From positions 1 through 39,240 of the forward strand of contig JAEEML010000077.1 in the NCBI GenBank assembly GCA_016283195.1: DNA of 39,240 nt, written 5' to 3'. Origin of the DNA: Deltaproteobacteria bacterium. GTDB lineage: Bacteria > JAEEML01. Shown here in pieces: positions 27,101 through 35,399 of this stretch. The number at the start of each line of letters is the position of its first letter. Position 1 is the first letter of the stretch. A model generated the notes under the pieces. The model searched no databases, was not told the DNA's origin, and was given only the letters and a program-made list of their open reading frames with translations. A program made the position numbers and the translations under genes.

Positions 27101-28465
27101 ATGGAAATCGCCAGAAAAGCCTATAGTAAACTGCAAGAATGGAAAAACTCTTCACAGGGGAAAAGTGCCATCATGCTTGAAGGTGCCCGGCGCATCGGCA
27201 AATCCACTCTGGCCATGCGCTTCGGCAAAAACGAATACAAGTCACATATTCTTGTTGATTTCAACAATGTTTCCCGCCAAATCAGCGAAAATTTTGCTAA
27301 TAACCTAAACAATCTTGATCTCTTTTTTCAAATTCTTTCGCTGGAATACAATACGCCTTTATATAAAAGAAATTCCCTGATTATCTTTGACGAAATTCAA
27401 AAATTTCCGCGGGCACGCGAGGCCATAAAGTACCTGGTGGCCGATGGGCGCTACGATTTTATCGAAACAGGCTCCCTGATTTCCATCAAAGAAAATGTCA
27501 GCACAATAACCATCCCTTCCGAAGAAGAAAAGCTGAAAATGTACCCATGCGACTTTGAAGAATTTGCTGGAGCACTGGGTGAGGAGCTTTTGCTGCAATA
27601 CATCGCTAAATGTTTTAAGGATCGAGTTCCTTTGGAGGACCATTTTCATAAGCGGGCTTTATGGCTTTTTAAAGAATATATGTTGGTGGGCGGTATGCCG
27701 CAAAGTATAGTAGCCTACCTGGAAAACGGCCGCGATTTTGCCAAAAGCGATAAGGAAAAGCGCAAAATTTTGGACCTTTATCGCGATGACATCAAAAAGG
27801 CTTCCAAGCGCTATAGTTCCAAAGTTGCCGCTATATTCGACAACATTCCCGGCTACCTTTCCACTCATGAAAAGAAAGTGGTTTTAAAGGAGATCGATGC
27901 CTCAAAAGCTGCGAGCTTTTCCAAATACGATGAGCCGCTCTTTTGGCTTGGCGATTCCATGATTTGCAACCTCTGTTACAAGTGTAACGACCCCAATATC
28001 GGCTTTGCGCTTAATCAAAACGATGCAGCCCTTAAATGCTATATGGGCGATACCGGCCTGCTTATGAGCCTCGCCTTCAGCGAAAACGAAATCGCTTCAA
28101 ATAATCTTTATAAGGCTATTATGAGCGGCAAACTCTCGCTTAATGCCGGCATGCTTTATGAAAACGCCATTGCCCAAATGCTCAGAGCCGGGGGGCGAAA
28201 ATTATACTTTTATACAGAATACGACGCAGAAAAGCACCGTAATTCCATGGAAATAGATTTTTTACTCTCCAATGAAAGCCCGACAAATTTCAAAATCTAC
28301 CCGGTGGAAGTAAAAGCGGCCAAAAATTACACCACCACATCGCTAGGCAAATTTAAAGCCAAGTTTAAAAAACGGGTCGGCGCGTCCATCATCATCCACC
28401 CCAAAGCCTTGCAAGTTGCCGATGATATTCTGAAAATCCCGCCTTATATGACCTGGTGCCTGTGA
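27101..28465 (+). CDS. AAA_14/DUF4143-type ATPase with C-terminal PD-(D/E)xK-like motif
   Basis: Walker A GARRIGKS, Walker B LIIFDEIQ, ETGSL, YMLVGGMPQ, K.YMGDTGLL, GMLYEN, EIDFLL...YPVEVK. Confidence 0.88.
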   Translation: MEIARKAYSKLQEWKNSSQGKSAIMLEGARRIGKSTLAMRFGKNEYKSHILVDFNNVSRQISENFANNLNNLDLFFQILSLEYNTPLYKRNSLIIFDEIQKFPRAREAIKYLVADGRYDFIETGSLISIKENVSTITIPSEEEKLKMYPCDFEEFAGALGEELLLQYIAKCFKDRVPLEDHFHKRALWLFKEYMLVGGMPQSIVAYLENGRDFAKSDKEKRKILDLYRDDIKKASKRYSSKVAAIFDNIPGYLSTHEKKVVLKEIDASKAASFSKYDEPLFWLGDSMICNLCYKCNDPNIGFALNQNDAALKCYMGDTGLLMSLAFSENEIASNNLYKAIMSGKLSLNAGMLYENAIAQMLRAGGRKLYFYTEYDAEKHRNSMEIDFLLSNESPTNFKIYPVEVKAAKNYTTTSLGKFKAKFKKRVGASIIIHPKALQVADDILKIPPYMTWCL

Positions 28466-28478
28466 TGGTGGCGGCGCG

Positions 28479-28856
28479 TTACCATACAACTGGTACTTCA
28501 TATTGCGGAATCATCATATCTTTGGTAATTATAGCCAGTTTTTCTGTCAATGCCTGGCAAATAATCAAACGATCAAAAGGATCATTATGTATTTTAGGCA
28601 AGTCTTTTAGAGCGTCTAAATGCTGTGATTTTATAGGTAAAATTAAAATGTCTTTTTTAACACAAAGCTGCTCTATCTGAGTAATTGAAAAATCTATATC
28701 CAATTTTCCGATACTATGCTTAATCGCAATTTCCCAAAGTGAGGCAACACTGGTAAATATACGCTCTTCATTATTAATGATTTCGCGTGCTTTTGCGGAA
28801 AGCTCAACTGCATCACGTAAATACCACAAAAGGGCATGAGTATCTATAATATACAT
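28479..28856 (-). CDS. vapC: Type II toxin-antitoxin PIN-domain (VapC-family) toxin
   Basis: IIDTHALLW, SVASLWEIAIK, HNDPFDRLIICQA; TGATG coupling to the upstream small gene. Confidence 0.9.
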   Translation of the reverse strand: MYIIDTHALLWYLRDAVELSAKAREIINNEERIFTSVASLWEIAIKHSIGKLDIDFSITQIEQLCVKKDILILPIKSQHLDALKDLPKIHNDPFDRLIICQALTEKLAIITKDMMIPQYEVPVVW

Positions 28857-29071
28857 CACATATATTCCTTAAAGCAGTCAGGCGTCTCATCAAAATCCTC
28901 CGCCATATAAAATTTGCCAGTAAGCCCTCCCGGCTGGCGACGGTTCTTTTTTTGAGCTGTAGCCAGGGGTGCAGAAATATTCATTATATTGGCAATATAA
29001 GCCAGAAGATGTAGCTGCTCTTCAAAAGAGAACATTTTAACTTGATTTTCAACTTGCGCCATTGTTAGCAT
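28856..29071 (-). CDS. Putative antitoxin (DUF2281-like)
   Basis: 71 aa; C-terminus RRQPGGLTGKFYMAEDFDETPDCFKEYM is typical of partners of this PIN subfamily; overlaps the toxin start. Confidence 0.8.
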   Translation of the reverse strand: MLTMAQVENQVKMFSFEEQLHLLAYIANIMNISAPLATAQKKNRRQPGGLTGKFYMAEDFDETPDCFKEYM

Positions 29072-29304
29072 CCCTTTATCCTCCCTTTATATTTTTTACC
29101 ATGCACATTGCATATTTGCCAGAGCTTTTATTCTGGCTTAGCCCCACTTGTGCTACTCACTCTCCCAGCTTTTTTAAGCTTTTAGGAGCAACATACATCA
29201 TGTTCAGTTCAGTTTAGTCGTGATAATTAATTATAACATATACTCCAAATTTATTCAATCCACAAATTGTGATTTTTGCAATAATTTTGCACCAATAGCG
29301 GTGT

Positions 29305-29704
29305 ATTACCTGTTATGCTAATACCGATCCCAAAATGGCGATACTGATTTTGTTGAAAAATATGGCTGCATTATACTTGGGAAGATGCCATGAAAGTGTG
29401 CCCGGCCGGGTGGCATTTACCATCCCAAAAAGGACTAAATAGCTTGGCAAATTTGGGTGCCAAAGCTCTCTGGGATTCCAGCTTTGCCGGTGGCGATGAT
29501 CCTTATGGCTTCGCGGCCTTGCCCGTCGGCGCCTACTACATCTACACCAAAAGCTACTACCATTTCGGGAAGAGCGCCTACTTCTGGTCGAAAACGAGCG
29601 CCGATGATTACAACGCATACTACATGAACATTAGCACCAATGTGCTCATATCCAGCTCAGGTACGACGTACTACACCTACTCGGTTCGCTGCGTCAAGAA
29701 CTAG
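29305..29704 (+). pseudogene. Frameshifted Fibrobacter succinogenes major paralogous domain (FISUMP, CLec-fold) gene with a DGR VR-like 3' end
   Basis: Across frames it reads ITCYANTDP / NGDTDFVEKYGC / YTWEDAMKVCPAGWHLPS...YGFAALPVG...AYFWS...YSVRCVKN*. Two apparent 1-nt deletions (near 29332 and 29370); no N-terminus found. Confidence 0.8.
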
Positions 29705-29898
29705 AACTGAGTAGCCGCCTTTGGGAAAAACCTCCGCTAGCGGTGTGGCCTTTCTTTTCTTAACTGCAATGCCCGTTTTTATGATTCTTTTCCTTGATTT
29801 TATTCTTTTTTTCTTTGTAGGGAAGAGAACCGCCGCTCACGGCTTCGCCTGGCGCTCTGTTTCTCTTCCACACTCCCCTTCTTTCCTCCAGCCGCAGA

Positions 29899-29922
29899 CT
29901 TAAGGGAATGCGTTCCCTTAAG
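29899..29922. terminator. Perfect hairpin between convergent transcription units (terminator-like or REP-like)
   Basis: CTTAAGGGAA-TGCG-TTCCCTTAAG, a 10-bp stem with no clear U tract. A second stem GGAAGAGAA...TTCTCTTCC lies at 29821-29869. Confidence 0.4.
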
Positions 29923-29981
29923 AATCCTCGCAAGGTGCCAGTTTTCCATGTTTTTGGTAAAATACCTGTTTGCCTTTAAAC

Positions 29982-30047
29982 GGAGCCCCTCGCCGCCTGG
30001 GAGAGGGGCGATTTTCAATGATTTTCACTACTTGAGGAGGTGAGGTC
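29982..30047 (+). repeat. REP-like palindromic intergenic repeat, copy C
   Basis: GGAGCCCCTCGCCGCCTGGGAGAGGGGCGATTTTCAATGATTTTCACTACTTGAGGAGGTGAGGTC; matches the copies at 1-48 and 63-127. Confidence 0.85.
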
Positions 30048-30050
30048 CGC

Positions 30051-30827
30051 TTAGCCGGGGCTGCCGGCGGAGAGGTCTGAAAAGTGCTCCCGTCCCAGCA
30101 TTTTAAGCACTTCTCTTGTATATTGCCCGGGCTTTTCAAAAATCAAGAGCGGCGGCTCAACAGTTAGCGTATCGCGGCCATCGCCGCGCAAAAGTTGCAA
30201 AATAACCCTGCCGGCTTCCTCATGGGCAAAAGAGTGCACAAAACGCATTTTGCGCACCTTTAAGCCGGCTTCCCTGGCTGCTTTACACAATTTAATGAGC
30301 GCCTCGGCGGGAAATATCATATAAGCCCGCCCTCTGGTGGCAAGCATCCGGGAGATAGCTTTAAACCAGTCAGCCGGTGTCTCCCCAGCTCCGTGGCGGG
30401 CCAGGCGCCGCTGCTCATTGGGGGAAGTTGGCCCTTTTTGAAAAAAAAAGGGCGGATTGGAGACAATAAGATCAAAAGAGCGCTCTTTTAACGGCAGGGA
30501 GCGCACATCGGCGGTGAGCACATTATATTTTTCCGGGCCAAAGTGGTTCAGTTCAGCCGATTTTTGGCAGCACTCCACCATCTCCGGCAAAATATCAATA
30601 GCTGTCACCTTTTGGGCTTTTTCAAAAAGGAGCAGCATCTGGCCGACAATGCCGCAGCCGGCTCCCAAATCGAGAGCATTAGCGCTGCCTTCGGTTACTG
30701 AGCGGGCCAAAATCACCGAATCGAGATTAAAGCGGTAGCCCTTTTCGGGCTGCATAAATAAAAGACGGCCCTCAATCATCGCATCAGTGGTGAATGAGGG
30801 CCGCTTAGTATCCAGAGCTTGTGTCAA
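30051..30827 (-). CDS. SAM-dependent N6-adenine methyltransferase, tRNA1(Val) m6A37 (TrmM/YfiC)-like
   Basis: QPEKGYRFNLDSVILA, LDLGAGCG, DLIVSNPPFF, RRLARH. Confidence 0.82.
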   Translation of the reverse strand: MTQALDTKRPSFTTDAMIEGRLLFMQPEKGYRFNLDSVILARSVTEGSANALDLGAGCGIVGQMLLLFEKAQKVTAIDILPEMVECCQKSAELNHFGPEKYNVLTADVRSLPLKERSFDLIVSNPPFFFQKGPTSPNEQRRLARHGAGETPADWFKAISRMLATRGRAYMIFPAEALIKLCKAAREAGLKVRKMRFVHSFAHEEAGRVILQLLRGDGRDTLTVEPPLLIFEKPGQYTREVLKMLGREHFSDLSAGSPG

Positions 30828-30836
30828 TGGTAGAAC

Positions 30837-31193
30837 TTACGCTAATTTGCTCTTAGCCATGCTAACGATGGAAGCAAATCCGTTCGGATCGTTCAGAGCG
30901 ATGTTAGCCAAAACACGACGATCAATAGTAATATTGGCTTTCTTAAGACCGCCGATAAAGCGGCTGTAAGAAATCTCGTTGGCTTTGGCTGCAGCGTTAA
31001 TTCTGGCAATCCAGAGAGCGCGATAATTCCGTTTCTTCAGTTTGCGTCCGGCGAAACCATAGGCCAATGCATGGCGGAGGTTATCGCGAGCAACTGAATA
31101 GATATGATTGCGAGCACCGCGGAAACCGCGGGCCTTATCCAGCAATTTTTTGTGACGACGATGGGTGGCAATACCACCTGTTGTCCTTGGCAT
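30837..31193 (-). CDS. rplT: 50S ribosomal protein L20
   Basis: MPRTTGG, ARGFRG, RKLKKRNYRALWIARINAA, SYSRFI.GL. Confidence 0.98.
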   Translation of the reverse strand: MPRTTGGIATHRRHKKLLDKARGFRGARNHIYSVARDNLRHALAYGFAGRKLKKRNYRALWIARINAAAKANEISYSRFIGGLKKANITIDRRVLANIALNDPNGFASIVSMAKSKLA

Positions 31194-31236
31194 AACTTGT
31201 ACTCCTTATCAACCTATCAGTTGTTAGTGCCCTTAA

Positions 31237-31434
31237 TTAGGCATATGGTAACAATTTACGAGCGTTGGCGCTGTCGGTAGCATTTAAGATCAACGCGGAC
31301 CGTTTGTGCCTTTTGAGCTTGCGGTTTTTGGTGGTCAAAATGTGACGGCGACCAGCATGAGATACTTTTACTTTACCACTTCTGGTTACATGGTAGCGCT
31401 TAGCAGCAGCGCGTTTTGTTTTGAGCTTTGGCAT
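31237..31434 (-). CDS. rpmI: 50S ribosomal protein L35
   Basis: MPKLKTKRAAAKRY..T.SGK, RRHILT, LLPYA; lies between infC and rplT. Confidence 0.98.
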   Translation of the reverse strand: MPKLKTKRAAAKRYHVTRSGKVKVSHAGRRHILTTKNRKLKRHKRSALILNATDSANARKLLPYA

Positions 31435-31458
31435 AGAAGCCCTCCTTCTTAATATGCT

Positions 31459-32064
31459 CTAGATATCTTTATCTTTGGGTGCCGTTTGTTTGGCACTTAC
31501 TTCCTTCTTGGTAGCCGCACTCTTGGAAAGCGGGCCCAAAACCATAGTCATATTACGACCTTCCAGTTTAGGTGCCTGTTCCACGGTAGCGGCGTCTTTT
31601 AAAGCGGTCATCACCTGTTCCAAAAGCTCTTTACCTATTTCGGTGTGCGAGAGCTCACGTCCGCGAAACATCATGGTGATCTTAGCTTTATTGCCATCTT
31701 CCAAAAACTTTTTAATATTGCGGACTTTCGTCTCAAAATCGTGTTCTTCGATTTTGGGACGAAACTTTATTTCTTTAACTTCTATTGAAGTTTGGTTTTT
31801 CTTGGCATCAACAGCTCTTTTTTTCTGCTGATATTTAAATTTGCCATAGTCCATAATGCGGCAAACCGGCGGATTGGCCAGTGGCGCCACTTCCACCAAA
31901 TCAAGACCGGCCATAGCCGCTCTCTCTAAAGCCTCATCTATGCGCAAAACACCAAGCTGGCCGCCTTCGGCATCAACCACGCGCACCTCTCTGGCTCTAA
32001 TTTGCCTATTAACTCTCTGTTTGTTTTCTTTGTCCTTTTCATCTCTTGGACTAACGGCAGCCAT
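31459..32064 (-). CDS. infC: Translation initiation factor IF-3
   Basis: NRQIRAREVRV, LDLVEVAP.ANPPVCRIMDYGKFKY, KEIKFRPKI..HD, FRGRE. Confidence 0.98.
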   Translation of the reverse strand: MAAVSPRDEKDKENKQRVNRQIRAREVRVVDAEGGQLGVLRIDEALERAAMAGLDLVEVAPLANPPVCRIMDYGKFKYQQKKRAVDAKKNQTSIEVKEIKFRPKIEEHDFETKVRNIKKFLEDGNKAKITMMFRGRELSHTEIGKELLEQVMTALKDAATVEQAPKLEGRNMTMVLGPLSKSAATKKEVSAKQTAPKDKDI

Positions 32065-32168
32065 GAACCTCCCTTAAAATAGCTATTAAGCTCTAAATTG
32101 CCAAATAACGGCAGTGATGAGTCAGTCCTCAAACACGCGCGAACTTGTAACAGATTTTGTCATATAGG

Positions 32169-33725
32169 TCAAGGGTTCTCTTGCAATAATTCTGCTTTTT
32201 CTTCATCTTTTAATTCGGCAAAGGTTACTTTTCTAAGTCGCTCGGCTTCTTCATGCGCTGCGGCATTCAAATAGGTATCGATCTTTTCTTGCACTTTTCC
32301 GCTAAGCGGCAGAGTTCTTCTGGCTCCGTTATCGCGCACTGCCTGTTGCACGGTATTTAAAGTAACATTTTCCGGGCTGGCGAGGAGGAATATTTCGCTG
32401 TCCTTACCGGGATTATCACGCCCTTCGATGCGAATAAGCTTTGCCTCTTCCAAGGCATCGAGCGCCCGTTCAATAATACGCAGTGGCACTTTTAATTCAA
32501 TAACCACATCCTGAATTTGATATGGTTTGCCGGCAAGCGGGCCTTGGCTACGCGCCACCAGCATAGAAAAAACACGGCAGGCAACTCGCTCCAATTCCTT
32601 CATGGCATATTGGCCGTTTTCTACTACCGGGTCGTAATTCGGCGCATATTGAATGGCATAACAAACCTTGGTACCGTAAAGCAGCAAAAGCCAGGAAACG
32701 TAAAGCCAGAGAAAGAAGAAAGGTACCACTGCCAAACTGCCGTAAATTTTAGAAGTTGTTCCCGGAAAAATTACATAGAGGACAAAAACGACATCCCAGA
32801 GGAACCAGAGGAAGCCGGTCATAAAGCCGGAAATAAGCGCCGAGGAGACATTAACCTTGGTATAGGGTATGGCCTTATATATTAAAGAAAGGGTTATACC
32901 AACCATCAAAATAAACATAAGCAGCAATAAGACATTGGCCGGAGTCATGAGCATATCTTTGGTGGTGGCAGTGAAAGTATCCCAAACTTTCAGCACATCG
33001 GCCTGAGAAGAAACGCCATTTTGCATACTTTCGGCGAGCTGGGCCAGCGAGTTCTCCAAAGCCGGCTTAAAACGCCCCCAAAGATGGCTCAAATAGCCGC
33101 CAAAAGGCAGGAGGATAAGGGGAATAAGCACCACGGGAATAACAATAAGGAGCCCCAGCCAAATAACAAAACGCTTAATCCATGGGCGCTTGCGTTTTAA
33201 ACCGTAAACATCATTAATGCTGTCATCTACATTCATAAAAAGAAAAATAACCGACACAAAAAGAATGAGGATGGAAAAGATACTGATAGTGGGGAGCTGG
33301 GTATCGAGATCGCCGACAAGCTTAGTAATCTCATTTTTCAGCATAACATTAATGTTAAAAATCTGCTCTTCCTGAGCCAGGCGGGGAATCTCCAGGTTAC
33401 CTGTAAATTTATGTAAAAAATTCCATATCTTACTTTGAGACAAGTAAAGTATAACCGTCACCGACGGCACCACAGCCAGAGCCGCCATATAGGTAAGTGC
33501 CTGAGCGTTTTTACTTATTTTATTAAAGCCATCGATGCTCACCACCATACGCAAAATACGCAAAAGGCGAAAAAGCCAGCGCGTACTGCGGCGGCTTAGG
33601 CTACGAATATCGGTGAGCCACAAATCATTGGTAAAAAACTTTACTAGGCGTTGATAGGCCCGCACCAATAAATCTTTAAGCTGCCCTAGCTTACCGGGCG
33701 TCTTATTTTCTAACTGCGAAGACAT
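32169..33725 (-). CDS. YihY/virulence factor BrkB family membrane protein with C-terminal winged-helix-like domain
   Basis: AQALTY...AVVP, IYKAIPYTKV, IYGSLAVVPFFFLWLYVSWLLLLYG; soluble tail with IQDVVIELKVPLRIIERALDALEEAKLI. Confidence 0.82.
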   Translation of the reverse strand: MSSQLENKTPGKLGQLKDLLVRAYQRLVKFFTNDLWLTDIRSLSRRSTRWLFRLLRILRMVVSIDGFNKISKNAQALTYMAALAVVPSVTVILYLSQSKIWNFLHKFTGNLEIPRLAQEEQIFNINVMLKNEITKLVGDLDTQLPTISIFSILILFVSVIFLFMNVDDSINDVYGLKRKRPWIKRFVIWLGLLIVIPVVLIPLILLPFGGYLSHLWGRFKPALENSLAQLAESMQNGVSSQADVLKVWDTFTATTKDMLMTPANVLLLLMFILMVGITLSLIYKAIPYTKVNVSSALISGFMTGFLWFLWDVVFVLYVIFPGTTSKIYGSLAVVPFFFLWLYVSWLLLLYGTKVCYAIQYAPNYDPVVENGQYAMKELERVACRVFSMLVARSQGPLAGKPYQIQDVVIELKVPLRIIERALDALEEAKLIRIEGRDNPGKDSEIFLLASPENVTLNTVQQAVRDNGARRTLPLSGKVQEKIDTYLNAAAHEEAERLRKVTFAELKDEEKAELLQENP

Positions 33726-33773
33726 GATTTTACTCTGAAAAGCGCCTTTTAACTCAAGGCGCCGGGGAGCGGC

Positions 33774-34115
33774 TCAAACAATAGAGCCAAAATATTTTAA
33801 AATATAGTTATTGATAGCCGCGCTATCTTCTTTGCTGAGCGAAGTAAAACGCACAGCCATCCCTGGTTTGCGGCCGTTATTCTCGTTTTTCTCGCTGCGT
33901 AAAATAATAGCCGAAGTGGTTATCTTTCTATGTGTAAGCGGCAGTTCAAAAGCCAGGGAGAGCTTTTCTCCCACATCAAAGAGAATTTCCGAATATATAA
34001 AAGCGCCGCCTTCGCTGATGTCTTTAACATCAAAGGCAATATCACCCTCACTATCGATCATGGAAATTGTATTCAAAATATGTGCCCGCAAATGGCAACG
34101 CCGTTGCTTTTCCAT
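33774..34115 (-). CDS. Stand-alone PilZ domain (c-di-GMP binding) protein
   Basis: RRCHLR (RxxxR), DISEGG (DxSxxG), GMAVRF; GGAGG RBS. Confidence 0.88.
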   Translation of the reverse strand: MEKQRRCHLRAHILNTISMIDSEGDIAFDVKDISEGGAFIYSEILFDVGEKLSLAFELPLTHRKITTSAIILRSEKNENNGRKPGMAVRFTSLSKEDSAAINNYILKYFGSIV

Positions 34116-34205
34116 TCATACCTCCCCCAAACAAAAGGGCCCTAAAGTGTTACCTTATTTGCAGCAAAAGGTAAAGAGTACCTTTAAAAAACTATTGCAA
34201 TTAGC

Positions 34206-35381
34206 TCATTTGGCGGCAGGCGTATATGGAGAAATTTCCCTGAGGCGCCCGATTATTTGCGGCATAACCTCAATAACTTTATCTATCTCTTCTTCGGTAG
34301 TAAAGCGGCTTAAGCTAAAGCGAATCGAACCGTGGGCATGGGTAAAGGGCACTCCCATAGCTCTTAAAACGCTGGAAGGCTCCAAAGAACCGGAACTACA
34401 AGCCGAGCCGGAAGAAGCGCAAATGCCATATTGATTAAGCATGAGCAAAATAGCCTCGCCCTCTACATAACCAAAGCTGATATTGGTAGTGCCGGAGAGG
34501 CGGTTTTCAATATCGCCATTAACCAGAGTATTGTCGATATTATGCAAAATGCTCTGCTCCAATTTATCGCGCAAGCGCCCCACCTGGGCCTCTTCCAGAG
34601 GCAAAAACTCTTTGGCTCTTTTAGCGGCCACGCCCAGAGCTATCAAGCTGGGCACATTCTCGGTACCGGCCCGCCGTCCGCGCTCTTGATGGCCACCGGT
34701 AATAAAAGGTTTAAAACGCACGCCGCGCTTCACATAAAGAGCGCCTATTCCCTTGGGAGCATGCAGTTTGTGGCCGGAAAGGGAAAGCATAGAGATAGCG
34801 CTATCTTTTAGCGACATGGGCACTTTACCGACAGCCTGCACGGCATCGGTGTGGAACAAAACGCCGCGCTCAGCGCAAATCTTGGCCGCCTCTTCCACCG
34901 GGAAAACTGTGCCCGTTTCATTATTGGCCCACATCAAAGAGACTAAAAAAGTGTCATCTGTAAGCGCCGCTTTGAGATCATCCAAATTAAGGCGGCCCGC
35001 GCGGTCAACCGGCAGATAAGTCACTCTATAGCCGCGACTTTCCAGCACTTTGGCGGTATTGATAATGGCCGGGTGCTCCACCTGACTGGTGATAAAATGG
35101 CGGCGCTCCGGGTAAGTGCGCAAAGCCGAATAAATGGCTGTATTGTCACTCTCGCTGCCACAGCTGGTAATAATGAGCTCGCTCTCGTTTTCGGCGCCCA
35201 AAAGGTCGGCCAGATTTTGCCGCGCTTCGTGAATGGCTTTATTCAAATTATTGCCGAAATCATGCATGGAAGAGGCATTGCCATAGAGCTCGCTAAAATA
35301 GGGCATCATGGCTTTTACCGCTTCAGGGTCCACCATAGTGGTGGCGTTATTATCTAAATATATTACTTTTTTTTCGTCCAT
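34206..35381 (-). CDS. nifS: Cysteine desulfurase NifS
   Basis: YLDNNATT, TSCGSESDN, MWANNETG, HTDAVQ, SGHKLH.PKG, SSGSACSS; adjacent to nifU. Confidence 0.95.
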   Translation of the reverse strand: MDEKKVIYLDNNATTMVDPEAVKAMMPYFSELYGNASSMHDFGNNLNKAIHEARQNLADLLGAENESELIITSCGSESDNTAIYSALRTYPERRHFITSQVEHPAIINTAKVLESRGYRVTYLPVDRAGRLNLDDLKAALTDDTFLVSLMWANNETGTVFPVEEAAKICAERGVLFHTDAVQAVGKVPMSLKDSAISMLSLSGHKLHAPKGIGALYVKRGVRFKPFITGGHQERGRRAGTENVPSLIALGVAAKRAKEFLPLEEAQVGRLRDKLEQSILHNIDNTLVNGDIENRLSGTTNISFGYVEGEAILLMLNQYGICASSGSACSSGSLEPSSVLRAMGVPFTHAHGSIRFSLSRFTTEEEIDKVIEVMPQIIGRLREISPYTPAAK

Positions 35382-35399
35382 AACTGTTTTTCCTTAGGC

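Noticed and set aside
29313-29618. Arg-rich 101 aa minus-strand ORF and small ORFs at 29721-30139
   Set aside because: Antisense to the FISUMP remnant or spanning hairpin/REP sequence; no coding evidence.
29072-29990. Complete DGR cassette within the window
   Set aside because: No reverse transcriptase ORF, Avd-like gene or second AAC-rich copy of the VR was found by eye.
30441-30449. A9 homopolymer as a phase-variation tract
   Set aside because: It encodes in-frame FFF after the conserved NPP motif of a housekeeping enzyme, and long A/T runs are common in this window.
33811-34434. 207 aa plus-strand ORF
   Set aside because: Antisense to well-supported pilZ and nifS; no motifs.
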